Source: Macrostomum lignano (Eukaryota). Taken from it: a DNA stretch of 64,000 nt. The notes below the pieces were generated by a model, which did no database searches, was not told the origin of the DNA, and was given only the letters and a program-made list of their open reading frames with translations. Shown here piece after piece: positions 1 to 29,345 of the stretch (position 1 is the first letter of the stretch; every line of letters begins with the position of its first letter). The DNA is taken from the NCBI GenBank assembly GCA_002269645.1, contig NIVC01000061.1, positions 992,001 through 1,056,000 on the forward strand. The letters run 5' to 3'. The translations under genes were made by a program, and so were the position numbers.

Positions 1-240
1 GGAGAGGGGAGATGGGAGACGGGAGATGAGAGAGGGGAGAGAAGAGAGGGGAGATGGAGATTAGAGATGGGAGAGGGGAGATGGGAGAGGGGAGGGGGAA
101 GAGGGGAGAGGGGAGATGGGAGAGGGCAGAGGGGAGATGGGAGAGGGGGGGTGGGAGAGGGCAGAGGGGAGATGGGAGAGGGGAGATAGTTTAGGGGAAA
201 TGGGGGAAGGGAATGGGAGATTGGAGATACAGGGAAGATA
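1..240. repeat. GA-rich low-complexity tract
   Basis: Variants of GGGAGAGGGGAGAT. Confidence 0.9.
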
Positions 241-879
241 GATGAAGAAGGGACTGAGTAGTGGCAGAAGAGCCCAGCATCAGGCGGTGATGATGCACTG
301 AATTTCGGACAGCACACCGGGAGCACAGGCAACCCTAGGACAAGGGATCGGGCAGTCAGCGACATTCGATCTATCAAATCTACGAGGATTAAAGCCAAAG
401 AGAGCTTTCCTCAAAGGAAGCCGATTTTCGCTAATTTCACACCTACAGCCCCCTCTGGGTCAGGGGGAGGTTAGGGGGATTTGCTCGCGCGGCTCAGGGG
501 CTCAGAAGATAAACGGTCACTGGCCACCCCCATAGGGCGCGCCTTCGTGTTCCCGAACTGCGGCGAGCTGTCAGTCACAGGGCCCGCTCTCAGACCTGAT
601 CCAGACTCCAGCAAACAGATGATGAGCAAAACTCGCTGCATTCTTGCCCAGGGGAATTTTCTGCACTGGATTTGGAACGGAGATAGGAGGGGCTTATCAA
701 CTAATCTCTATGTAGGTAAAACATCGATAAAAATGACTTTCAGATGCACAAAATATGATATGCCTTTGACAGCTGTTTATACATTTATAAATTTTTATCA
801 TTTTTTGTATTTTTGCTTACGTACACAGCATTTGTTCCATGTTTTCAGTGTGCGCATTATTCAAATTACATTAACAGGT

Positions 880-1372
880 CAGTCTAGCAATCCATTCTAA
901 TCCACACCGATTGGCCAGTCTAGCAATCCATTCTAATCCACACCGATTGGCCAGTCTAGCAATCCAGTCTAATCATTCACCGATTGGCCAGTCTAGCAAT
1001 CCATTCTAATCCTACACCGATTGGCCAGTCTAGCAATCCATTCTAATCCTACACCGATGGGCCAGTCTAGCAATCCATTCTAATCCTACACCGATTGGCC
1101 AGTCTAGCAATCCAGTCTAATCATTCACCGATTGGCCCGTCTAGCAATCCATTCTAATCCTACACCGATTGGCCAGTCTAGCAATCCATTCTAATCCTAC
1201 ACCGATGGGCCAGTCTAGCAATCCATTCTAATCCTACACCGATTGGCCAGACTAGCAATCCATTCTAATACTACACCGAATGGCCAGTCTAGCAATCCAG
1301 TCTAATCCTACACCGATTGGCCAGTCTAGCAATCCGTGCTAATCCTACACTGGTGCGCCAGTCTAGCAATCC
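880..1372. repeat. 36-37-bp minisatellite, about 14 copies
   Basis: Unit CAGTCTAGCAATCCATTCTAATCCTACACCGATTGGC. Confidence 0.95.
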
Positions 1373-1626
1373 TCTCGATCAGTCCCAGGCTTCATTCCGC
1401 CGACTCCGCCAGTGCTGTCTCATCCCCCGCATCTGGGCTGATCGCAGCCGCTGTTCCGCTGAGCCTCCGACCGTATAGATTTGCGGCTCCGTCTCCAGTC
1501 TTTGATCGGCGCCGCTGTGATGCCTGGCTTTATGTTTCGAAACGTGTCTGGCGTTGACCCTGCACAGCCGAGAGCACCCCGAGCCCCGCCGTTGGTCCTG
1601 TTATTTCGGTAAAATTTTGTCTCGCG

Positions 1627-1938
1627 TTAAAAGTTCGAATGACATGCAAAAATAGACGCATATCTATCTATATCAATCCTCCAAGAAAAACTGCAGCGTA
1701 GAATCTTGCTAACCTTTGTTTTAAGCGAGTCTGCTTTAAAGCAGCAGTGCCAGATAATTTCTGCAACGGTGGCGATTGGCCCCAACAGCATGGCGGCGGC
1801 CAAAAGTACAAAAGTGCCCATCACGTGATCCAATGTTAGTTCGCTATAGCGCGACGGCTTGTTACGAAGGGGACAGCGTCGTTTAGAACGTTTTCTTTTG
1901 TTCGGCCAACTGTTACTTGCTTGCTTGCGTCTGCAAGT
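1627..1938 (-). pseudogene. Orphan exon resembling the pre-M4/M4/C-tail region of an iGluR paralogue
   Basis: The open frame 1938-1627 follows a CATCAG acceptor and reads W..C..SELTLDHVMGTFVLLAAAMLLGPIATVAEIIW..LKTKVSKILRCS. This parallels the neighbouring receptor (GLSFDQVAGIYVVLIGGMLVAMVTVAGEFCY..ELKLALRCC). No upstream exons were found. Confidence 0.5.
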
Positions 1939-1984
1939 CTGATGATTTTAAAAGCAAATATTTTTTATGACCATTTTTAGCATA

Positions 1985-2260
1985 GCGGCACTCTCCTCTT
2001 CGTTGATTGGCTGACGAGTTCACCCTCTCCCCTCTATCCTAGCTCGTATCTATTATGCCCTCTTCGCTTCTTCAATTGGCTGACGAGTCCACCCTCTCTT
2101 TCCTATATTCTGTCCTCTCCTCTTCGTTGATTGGCTGACGAGTCCACCCTCTCTTTAGATTTTCTGTCCTCTCCTCTTCGCTGATTGGCTTACGAGTGCA
2201 ACCTCCTCCCCTGTCCCCTGTCCTATTCTGTCTTCTTCTCTCTGCCGATTGGCCGGCGAG
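1985..2260. repeat. Degenerate direct repeats, 4-5 copies
   Basis: Recurring CTCTCCTCTTCG.TGATTGGCTGACGAGTCCACCCTCTC. Confidence 0.75.
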
Positions 2261-3819
2261 TTTAACCGGGCAGAAACTCACCCTTTCATTTAAGGCGCAT
2301 TTTCGGCTATTATTTGATTTATCACGTGACTTTCCAGTGCGACCAAAGTCAATCAAATAGTCCACGGCGCTACGATCAACTGCCCAATAGTACAGCTTCA
2401 GCCGCTCTAAAATTTGCCGATCTCTGAACTCCAGAATCTTCTGAGTGAGCAGGTCAGTGTAGGGCGATCCTGCGTTGGAGCAGGTTTAAAATTAGTATTT
2501 TTGGAGTAAACAAAATGGAGTGCCAAAATGGATGGCGCGATAGCAGGCGTGCCAAAATTGATGACAGGATTGCTAAAATTGGCATATCGGCCCCATTGGC
2601 ATCTTGTGTCAATAACCTGAAATCCTCAGAGTTGTGTTAAAGAATTAGTTCAAATATAAAAAAATTAACGTTATACCTGTACTAACGAAAGTAATTACTA
2701 AATTGCCATAAAAAGCATGGATACCGGCCCTTACCATCAGTGGATTTTTCAGCCCAGCCCATTTCCGGGAAGCGATCGCGAAATTAAACACAGAGCGCTT
2801 GGGAAATCACTCACGCCCTGTTATCGGGTCACGTGATCGAGAAACTTGCCAGCTTTTCCTCTATAAAAAACTGTCTACTTATGACTGGTTCAGCATTTTA
2901 TAATATGGACTAAAGCACTTTTATTGTTGGAAGTTTTTCCAAGTACGACTACGACGTATATAACTAACGACTCCTGCCAGAGATTGACCGCATGATCAGT
3001 GTTTAAAATCGAAAAAGTTCAAGGCAAGGTCGAATTACTGGTCACGAAATGCAGGCAAAGAGAAATTTGAATGCACAACCAAGGTGAGGTTAGAAAGTAC
3101 ATTGGGGGTGAGTAGGGTGTTGTAGGGGTAAAATAAAGTAATTTTGGGCTGAGGTGGGCACTAGAGGGTCTTATTTATATTTAAAAGTACATTTGGGGTT
3201 GGGTGTTAAAGGGTTAGAAAGTACATCAGGGGTGTGGGGGGTTGGGCGCTAGACGGTTAGAAAGACCATACTCGTATGGTGTACATCTAAAAGTGTCGAG
3301 ATCTGTTTATTTAAGTCGCTTTTTATCTATTTGGCTTGTTCAAACTCAGCCTAAACTTTAAACAAAAGAGGGTCTTCACTGCTCGAATTTTATTATCTGA
3401 ACTTGAAGGTTCAGTACGGTCACAAACGAAACGAATTTTGCTATGTGTTAGGCATGCCGGGTAATGTTCTACAGTTGGTGGTTTGAAATTAAATTAACAA
3501 GGCATAGTTTGGCTACAATATATTATAAAGGGTCTTGTAATTTTCTGAATAATAATACTGATCGATGAACATGCACAAATAATCAACTTTTGTGGCACTA
3601 CAAAATCAGAAAAAATCTACTCTAACTAATTCTGAAACGTTCTACTTAAAGTAGTTAGCAGATTAAAATTAAACAGTGTAGGAGGAGATATGTGCATTTC
3701 ATGGAAGCCGATGGGTGAGGAGACAGCAGTTAGCGGATAACCCGCTGACATCCTAAAACTTTCAGAGGCAAATCTTCTCGTACAAATTCGCGCTTTAGGA
3801 ACAGCGCAAAGAGACAGTA

Positions 3820-5090
3820 CCTAATTGTGTCTAATAGTGTCCACCGTGTCTAGAATTGTGTCCACCGTGTCTCTAATAGTGTCCACCGTGTCTCTAATAG
3901 TGTCCACCGTGTCTCTAATAGTGTCCACCGTGTCTCTAATTATATCCACCGTGTCTCTAATAGTGTCCACCGTGTCTCTTAATTATGTCCACCGTGTCTC
4001 TAATAGTGTCCACCGTGTCTCTAATTATATCCACCGTGTCTCTAATAGTGTCCACCGTGTCTCTAATAGTGTCCACCGTGTCTCTAATTATATCCACCGT
4101 GTCTCTAATAATGTCCAACGTGTCTCTAATAGTGTCCACCGTGTCTCTTAATTATGTCCACCGTGTCTCTAATAGTGTCCACCGTGTCTCTAATAGTGTC
4201 CACCGTGTCTCTAATAGTGTCCACCGTGTCTCTAATTATATCCACCGTGTCTCTAATAGTGTCCACCGTGTCTCTAATTATATCCACCGTGTCTCTAATA
4301 GTGTCCAACGTGTCTCTAATAGTGTCCACCGTGTCTCTAATAGTGTCCACCGTGTCTCTAATAGTGTCCACCGTGTCTCTAATTATATCCACCGTGTCTC
4401 TAATAGTGTCCACCGTGTCTCTAATAGTGTCCACCGTGTCTATAATTATATCCACCGTGTCTCTAATAATGTCCAACGTGTCTCTAATAGTGTCCATCGT
4501 GTCTCTTAATTATGTCCACCGTGTCTCTAATAGTGTCCACCGTGTCTCTAATAGTGTCCACCGTGTCTTTAATAGTGTCCACCGTGTCTCTTAATTATGT
4601 CCACCGTGTCTCTAATAGTGTCCACCGTGTCTAGAATTGTGTCCAACGTGTCTCTAATAGTGTCCACCGTGTCTCTTAATTATGTCCACCGTGTCTCTAA
4701 TAGTGTCCACCGTGTCTCTTAATTATGTCCACCGTGTCTCTAATAGTGTCCACCGTGTCTCTAATTATATCCACCGTGTCTCTAATAGTGTCCACCGTGT
4801 CTCTAATAGTGTCCACCGTGTCTCTAATTATATCCACCGTGTCTCTAATAATGTCCAACGTGTCTCTAATAGTGTCCACCGTGTCTCTTAATTATGTCCA
4901 CCGTGTCTCTAATAGTGTCCACCGTGTCTCTAATAGTGTCCACCGTGTCTTTAATAGTGTCCACCGTGTCTCTAATTATATCCACCGTGTCTCTAATAGT
5001 GTCCATCGTGTCTCTAATAGTGTCCACCGTGTCCCTAACTCTGTCCACTGTGTCTCTAATTGTGTCCACCGTGTCTCCACTTTCGTCTCT
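3820..5090. repeat. 21-bp minisatellite, about 60 copies
   Basis: Unit GTGTCTCTAATAGTGTCCACC with recurring variants. It explains the spurious IVSTVSL and DTIRDTV ORFs. Confidence 0.97.
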
Positions 5091-5168
5091 AAAGGTGTCC
5101 AATGGGGTCTGTAAAAGTGTCCATGTCAAGCAGCAATAAACTTGTATAAAAAAGCAGCCAGTGGGATG

Positions 5169-21876
<16,708 letters not shown>

Positions 21877-21979
21877 TGTGTTGCCAATTATTTTCGTAGC
21901 TGAAAATTACGTGAAATTTATAAAATTTATTAGCTGGAATGCGAATGCATCGTTTTAGATTCGGGAAAGGAAATGGTCG

Positions 21980-22520
21980 AGAGAGATGAAAGAAGAGAAA
22001 AAGGGAGAAAGTGATGGAGAGAGACAGAGAAGAGATGGAGACTGAGAAAGATGAGGAGGGATGCAGGTGAGAAGGAGAGAGAAGAGACAGGAGAGAGAGG
22101 AGAGAGAGTGCGATGGAGATGGAGAGAGGAGAGAGGGGAGAGTGGGAGTGAGATGGAGGAGAGGAGAGAGGGAGACTGAGAAGAGAGAGGGAGACTGAGA
22201 AGAGAGAGGGAGACTGAGAAGAGAGAGGGAGACTGAGAAGAGAGAGGGAGACTGAGAAGAGAGAGGGAGACTGAGAAGAGAGAGGGAGACTGAGAAGAGA
22301 GAGGGAGACTGAGAAGAGAGAGGGAGACTGAGAAGAGAGAGGGAGACTGAGAAGAGAGAGGGAGACTGAGAAGAGAGAGGGAGACTGAGAAGAGAGAGGG
22401 AGACTGAGAAGAGAGAGGGAGACTGAGAAGAGAGAGGGAGACTGAGAAGAGAGAGGGAGACTGAGAAGAGAGAGGGAGACTGAGAAGAGAGAGGGAGACT
22501 GAGAAGAGAGAGGGAGACTG
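21980..22520. repeat. GA-rich tract with a 19-bp unit
   Basis: GAGACTGAGAAGAGAGAGG, about 17 copies. Confidence 0.95.
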
Positions 22521-23659
22521 TGACTGAGACACAGGTAGCCATCAAGTAGCTACAGAGGCAGACAAGAGGTACACTTAGACCGAGTCGCAATGCCCAGCAC
22601 ATACTACTGACTGCGCCAGTAGTTTTATCAGCAGCAGCCAGAATTAAGACGCGCATGGGTTCGGAACGGCAGCGGAGGGCGGGCCAGGGCAGGTCTGAAG
22701 CCCCCCTCCAAAATTGCCCACCGCAGGTACAAAAGCTGTAGTTGGCCAGCAATCTGTGTTTATCAGTGCCCGCCAGCTACTGCAGAGCAAAACTGGACCA
22801 AAATCGCAAAGGTTGAAGAAGCAGGCCAAACGGCCACAAAAAGCAGCAGCCCGCCCCTCCCGCCCCCCCCCCAGCTGATTGCTGCTGCTGCCGCTCTTGT
22901 TGAATTCCTGAAAAGCCCGGGGGATGGTTGGCCTTCAGCTGCGCCGGGGGTTCCAAAGCGACTCTCTGGGCACAAATTTGTCTGTATGGGATATGCTTCG
23001 ATGGGATTTTTTTCCCTTTCCCCAATCTATTTTTCCCGGGAGGAGAGACGGGCAGGTGGGGGTCCTTTAGCCAGCCTGCAGAGATCCGCTGGCTTGCTGC
23101 TTCCAGTTCGAAGTCTGCTTCTTCAACTGTGCTTTTGCTGCCAGTTCGAAGGCGAAGCCCGCATGCAGCGCCAGGTGGGTCGGCTTTGCAGGGATTTTTA
23201 TCCCGAAATTTCGATCCCATCCCATTTAAACCCTTCTCCCCCCCCCCCCCCCCGATTCCCAAAGATCCCTAAATCGGCGCTTTCAGCAGAGATGCAGTTT
23301 TGGACTGCAGATTAGATTGACTTTGATGCCCGCTTGAAGGGTAGGCCCGGGGGTGTTCGAGATCGGCACCGCTGATAAGGCGAACCCTGTGGCACCGTCG
23401 GGCATGGGATGTAAAAGTGCAAAGCGCGGCTGATTAAGACTTCGGTTTAATATGGCTGCCCTGACACTGCACTGTGACCTGCAGGCAGGCCGTCTGTTCA
23501 GAAGGAACTGTGTGACGCCTACATGCAATTCGTTTCATCTTATGCAACCTCTGATCATTTTCAATGTCTTTTTTAGTTGTTTTTCTGCAGATTTCAGGCC
23601 CAATTCTGCCGTTTTATGAACCGTTGTTGGATCTTTGTCTGTAGCTCTGTCTATGGCAC

Positions 23660-23845
23660 CTGATTGTGTCTGTCTAGGGCGCCTGTTTGGGTCTGTCTAG
23701 GGCGCCTGTTTGTGTCTGTCTAGGGCGCCTGTTTGTGTCTGTCTAGGGCGCCTGTTTGGGTCTGTCTAGGGCGCCTGTTTGTGTCTGTCTAGGGCGCCTG
23801 TTTGGGTCTGTCTAGGGCGCCTGTTTGGGTCTGTCTAGGGCGCCT
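23660..23845. repeat. 23-bp tandem repeat, about 8 copies
   Basis: Unit CTGTCTAGGGCGCCTGTTTG(G/T)GT. Confidence 0.95.
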
Positions 23846-24389
23846 TACGAATCTGCGATTTCTGGCATCCAGTTCGAGTCTCTCAGCCAGCTTCAGTCCT
23901 CGGGGCCCAATGTCTAGCGGCGATTATTTGCGAATTCGGGCCGGAGAGAATGGCTACAGTGCAGGCTAGCATTGCAAGCAGCTCCTATTTCGGTTGTAAT
24001 AAAAAACACGGAAAAAATGTCCCAGGTTTTTATTGCCGCCGCGAAGAAAACCGCCGATTTTCTTTCGCAATGTTTACTTCTTTTAACGCAAGTAGCAGCG
24101 GAATGCATAGTCGTTTTCTTGTTTTCAAAAAATACTTCTTCTCTCTTGATGTTGAATTTTTGCTTCGCTGACAACCCGCCTACCGAATTAAAGGCCTCGA
24201 CTGCAACAGTTGCGTGTTTCTTGCGTTTTTCTGCTCGAAATGTTTTGTTTTATTTACAGTTATCTTAGCTTTGGGGCGAACTTTGGAGTGCGGCCGGCCT
24301 GGAACTGGGAAAAGTGATATTGTATTTAATGATGGCGAGTAAGGTGGACAAGGAGAGAATGAGAGAGGGAGAGAAGCAGAGAAGGAGAG

Positions 24390-24570
24390 AGGGAGAGAGA
24401 GAGATTGAGAGAGGGATATAGGGAGAGAGGGAGAGAGAGAGAGGGAGAGGGAGAGGGAGAGAGAGGGGGAGAGGGAGAGGGAGAGAGGGAGAGAGGGAGA
24501 GAGGGAGAGAAGGAGAGAGGGAGAGAAAGAGAGAGATTGAGAGAGGGATATAGGGAGAGAGGGAGAGAGA
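24390..24570. repeat. GA-rich tract
   Basis: Polypurine low complexity. Confidence 0.9.
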
Positions 24571-25129
24571 ATTGTCATAGATAATTATGGTTCAGCTGCA
24601 CAACTCTCAGGCAGATCATGAGCAGCAAAATGAGAAGCTGCTACAATGGCAATCCGTGCAGATCTCACCGGAAGCCAGCAGTTTTCGCTACAAGAAATGC
24701 TGCATAGGCGTCCAGTGAAATCTGCACAAAAAGATTGCGAGTGTGGCGTCCTGCTTTAGCTGCTGTCCATGGCAATTCGGGTAGGGCATTGAAACTCTGA
24801 CAGCGCTCCTAAGAGTGGGAGAATTCATTACTCGAACTTCCGGTGATTTCAACCCATGTGCCCTGTCTCAATAATCGATTTTTCTGCTAGTCCATTCCCT
24901 CTCTCTTTCTGAGCGCTGTTAGTACTCGTATATCTTGCCTGTCTCAGCTGGTTTACATAGCCTTGTTTTCGCACCAAGTCACGAGGCGCAAGTGGCACAG
25001 GTCGGCTGCAACACTTTACGAGCTCGTATAGTTATTGACCCAGCTAGCATTGTTGCCATGCAGTTTGAGAGTGTGAGACAGTTGTTGAACTGTGAATATT
25101 TATGAATTACGGAGCACTTTATGGGCCAA

Positions 25130-25850
25130 TCTGCCTCTCCTTCCCCTCTCCCCCTCCCTCTCTCCCTCTCTCTCTCTCCCTCTTCCTCTCTCCCTCCCTC
25201 CCTCTATCCCTCTCTCCCTCTCTCCCTCCCTCCCTCTCTCTCTCCCTCTCTCCCTCTCTCCCTCTCCCTCTCTCCCTCTCTCTCTCTCCCTCTTCCTCTC
25301 TCCCTCCCTCCCTCTCTCCCTCTCTCCCTCTCTCCCTCTCCCTCTTCCTCTCCCTCTCCCTCTCTCCCTCTCTCCCTCTCCCTCTCCCTCTTCCTCTCTC
25401 CTCTCTCCCTCTCTCCCTCTCCCTCTTCCTCTCTCCCTCCCTCCCTCTCTCCCTCTCTCCCTCTCCCTCTCCCTCTCTCCCTCTCCCTTTCTCCCTCTCT
25501 CCCTCCCTCCCTCCCTCTCTCCCTCTCTCCCTCTCTCCCTCTCCATCTCCCTCTCTCCCTTCTCTAATATGCCCCTCTCCCCTCTCTACCTCGCTCCCCT
25601 CTCTCCCTCTCTCCCTCTCTCCCTCTCTCCCCTCTCTCCCTCTCTCCCTCTCTCCCTCTCTCCCTCTCTCCCTCTCCATCTCCCTCTCTCCCTTCTCTAT
25701 TATGCCTCTCTCTCTTCTCTACCTCTCTCCCCTCTCTACCTCTCTCCCTTCTCTAATATGCGTCTCTCCCTCTCTCCCTCTCTCCCTCTATTCCTCTCTC
25801 CCTCTATCCCTCTCTCTCAATCTCTTCCCCTCCCTTCTTCTCCCCCGTCT
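25130..25850. repeat. CT-rich polypyrimidine tract
   Basis: Variants of CTCTCTCC. Confidence 0.95.
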
Positions 25851-25879
25851 AATTTATTCCTCAATGAGCTCATACTTAC

Positions 25880-25989
25880 CGATTCCTCAGGACTTGTTGA
25901 GCAATATTTTCACAGTAATGTTTGAAATCAGTTGTGCGTTTCTATTCCGGAAAACTTTATCACTGGGGCTGCGGATTCTTTCCCACGAC
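25880..25989 (-). other. Candidate non-coding 5' UTR exon, possibly of the iGluR gene
   Basis: A TTTTTCAG acceptor and a consensus G|GTAAGTATG donor bound 110 nt that has stops in all three frames. The iGluR ATG exon has an unexplained acceptor (TTTTCAG) just upstream of its ATG. Confidence 0.35.
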
Positions 25990-26104
25990 CTGAAAAATTT
26001 ATTGACTGGAATCCTTCAAGCTGACTGGCTGAGTGGCCGGCTAATATTGGGAGAAATGCAATGGGATTGGTCCCTGCCTATGCGGCATGTCGTGCAGACC
26101 GGAG

Positions 26105-26600
26105 AAGCTATAGGAGAGGAAAGAGAGGGAGAGAGGAGGAGAGGTAGAGAGGGGGGAGAGGTAGAGAGGAGAGAGAGGCATATTAGAGAGGGGAGAGAGG
26201 TAGAGAGGGAAGATAGGTAGAGAGGGGAGAGAGGTAGAGAGGGGAGAGAGGTAAAGAGGGAAGAGAGGTAGAGAGGGGAGAGAGGTAGAGAGGGAAGATA
26301 GGTAGAGAGGGGAGAGAGGTAGAGAGGGGAGAGAGGTAGAGAGGGGAGAGAGGTAGAGAGGGGAGAGAGGTAGAGAGGGGAGATAGGTATATTAGAGAGG
26401 GGAGAGAGGTAGAGAGGGGAGAGAGGTAGAGAGGGAAGATAGGTAGAGAGGGAAGATAGGTAGAGAGGGGAGAGAGGTAGAGAGGGGAGAGAGGTAGAGA
26501 GGGGAGAGAGGTAGAGAGGGGAGATAGGTATATTAGAGAGGGGAGAGAGGTCTATTAGTGAGGGGAGAGAGGTAGAGAGGGAGAGAGAGAGGACAGGATA
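26105..26600. repeat. GA-rich polypurine tract
   Basis: Variants of AGAGGGGGAGAGAGGT. Confidence 0.95.
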
Positions 26601-26929
26601 AAGGATGGAGGCAGGCACCCTAGGGATGTGAGAGGTTGGAAATGGGATGGACAATCAGGCTCACTTTGGCAATTGAGTCTGGCACGTCCAACTCATCTTA
26701 TTGAAGAGAAAATCTCAATCCGATATTTGACAGCGGTGGAGTCCGGTCTCTAGATTGCAATCCGTCATCCAATTGGATGGCCGAATGGCTTTTTGGATTC
26801 AAAACTCAGATAAATTCGTTTCGCCTATAGAGCAATTTACCTAATGAGCATTCGATTGGATAATATTGCATTAATATTAGTGAGGTGCACACAAATGAGA
26901 TTAGACAAAATAGATTGGCTTTAAGATAT

Positions 26930-27360
26930 CATCTTTTCCCTCTCGTCCCATTCTCAATCTCATCTCACCCCATTCTCAATCCCATCTCACCTCATTCTCA
27001 ATCCCATCTCACCCCATTCTCAATCCCATCTCACACTACTCTCAATCGCATCTCACCTCATTCTCAATCCCATCTCACCTCATTCTCAATCCCATCTCAC
27101 CCCATTCTCAATCCCATCTCACACTACTCTCAATCGCATCTCACCTCATTCTCAATCCCATCTCACCCCATTCTCAATCCCATCTCACACTACTCTCAAT
27201 CTCATCTCACCCCATTCTCAATCCCATCTCACAGTACTCTCAATCGCATCTCACCCCATTCTCAATCGCATCTCACCCCACTCTTTATCTCATCTCACGC
27301 ACTTTCAATCTCATCTCACCCCACTCTCAATCTCATTCAACCCGATCCTGATCTCAATTC
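26930..27360. repeat. About 20-bp degenerate minisatellite
   Basis: Variants of CCATTCTCAATCCCATCTCAC. Confidence 0.9.
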
Positions 27361-27769
27361 ATTCAATTAACAATTTTGAAGCTCAATACCAGGCAGATAT
27401 CATTAAGTTGGGACATAATTTTCGCACTGTGATAAAAAACATACTCTGCACTCGTACGAGTAGCTGGGAGGGTTCGCAAATCCTCAGAAAATTAATGTAT
27501 GTTCCACATTCGATCCCAGAATGATGACAACAGCAGTGAGCTCCGTGACTGCAATCAGCAGGCTTATCAGGGACTTTGCAGTCAGCCCTGCACTAATCCG
27601 CAATCCGTACCGCATCTGATCCATGGATTCGCATCATCAAAAAGTTGTATTTTATTGCTGATTAATATTGAACCATTCGTATCCTAATAAGCAAATGTGA
27701 CTACTCTTTATTAGTAGCAAGCGTTGGTTACTTTTTCGTGACGTGCTTCGGGACATTCTAGGCTGCCAA

Positions 27770-28905
27770 CTAGACTCCTGACTCCCCAAATAGACTCCTG
27801 ACTACCCAAATAGACTCCTGACTACCCAACTAGACTACTGACTACCCAACTAGACTCCTGACTACCCAACTAGACTCCTGACTACCCAACTAGACTCCTG
27901 ACTACCCAACTAGACTCCTGGCTACCGAAATAGACTCCTGACTACCCAACTAGACTCCTGACTACCCAACTAGACTCCTGACTACCCAACTAGACTCCTG
28001 ACTACCCAACTAGACTCCTGACTACCCAACTAGACTCCTGACTACCCAACTAGACTCCTGACTACCCAACTAGACTCCTGACTACTTAACTAGACTCCTG
28101 ACTACCCAACTAGACTCCTGACTACCCAACTAGACTCCTGACTACCCAACTAGACTCCTGACTACCCAACTAGACTCCTGACTACCCAACTAGACTCCTG
28201 ACTACCCAACTAGACTCCTGGCTACTTAACTAGACTCCTGACTACCCAACTAGACTCCTGACTACCCAACTAGACTCCTGACTACCCAACTAGACTCCTG
28301 ACTACCCAACTAGACTCCTGACTACCCAACTAGACTCCTGACTACCCAACTAGACTCCTGACTACTTAACTAGACTCCTGACTACCCAACTAGACTCCTG
28401 ACTACCCAACTAGACTCCTGACTACCCAACTAGACTCCTGACTACCCAACTAGACTCCTGACTACCCAACTAGACTCCTGACTACCCAACTAGACTCCTG
28501 ACTACCCAACTAGACTCCTGACTACCCAACTAGACTCCTGACTACCCAACTAGACTCCTGACTACCCAACTAGACTCCTGACTACCCAACTAGACTCCTG
28601 ACTACCCAACTAGACTCCTGACTACCCAACTAGACTCCTGACTACCCAACTAGACTCCTGACTACTTAACTAGACTCCTGACTACCCAACTAGACTCCTG
28701 ACTACCCAACTAGACTCCTGAATACCCAACTAGACTCCTGACTACCCAACTAGACTCCTGACTACCCAACTAGACTCCTGACTACCAAACTAGACTCCTG
28801 GCTACTTAACTAGACTCCTGACTACCCAACTAGACTCCTGACTACCCAACTAGACTCCTGACTACTTAACTAGACTCCTGACTACTTAACTAGACTCCTG
28901 ACTAT
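27770..28905. repeat. 20-bp minisatellite, about 57 copies
   Basis: Unit TAGACTCCTGACTACCCAAC. Confidence 0.98.
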
Positions 28906-29345
28906 CCAAAACAACATAGCAGCAAAGACAGTAGCCTCTTGACTAACTAAAAAAATGTACTTTTTGCGACTTGTTTAAAATGAATATATTTTTGTGCAAC
29001 AAGGTGACTCAATCGCATCTCTCATTTGCCTCTCTGATTTCTACGAGTAACTTTGTCAGTCAACAAAATGCAGACTATTTAAAGAAATATATTTCAATGC
29101 ATTGCCATTTGATCCAATCAGATTTGATCTATGAAGACACCAAATATTAAGCCACTTCTGTACGCAAAACACATACAAAAGACTCTTATAGTCAGTTATA
29201 GTAATCTCCTTTAGTTTAAGCAACGACACAGTTGAACAATATCTGCCCAAATTTATTTTCAAAAATTTGTAATATGAATTCCAGGTGGTCTCAATTTCAA
29301 GTAAATCAATTAATACTATTTTCAGAGTGCGACTGTTTCAGCATT

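Noticed and set aside
481-900. 139-aa ORF
   Set aside because: No recognisable motif, composition drifts to AT-rich, and there is no splice support.
3825-5129. Many overlapping ORFs (IVSTVSL / DTIRDTV)
   Set aside because: They are translations of a 21-bp repeat whose unit is divisible by three.
22600-24800. GC-rich short ORFs upstream of the receptor
   Set aside because: No domain motifs or coherent exon chain; more likely UTR or regulatory sequence.
25092-26654. Long SLP- and ERG-rich ORFs
   Set aside because: Stop-free reading of CT/GA tracts.
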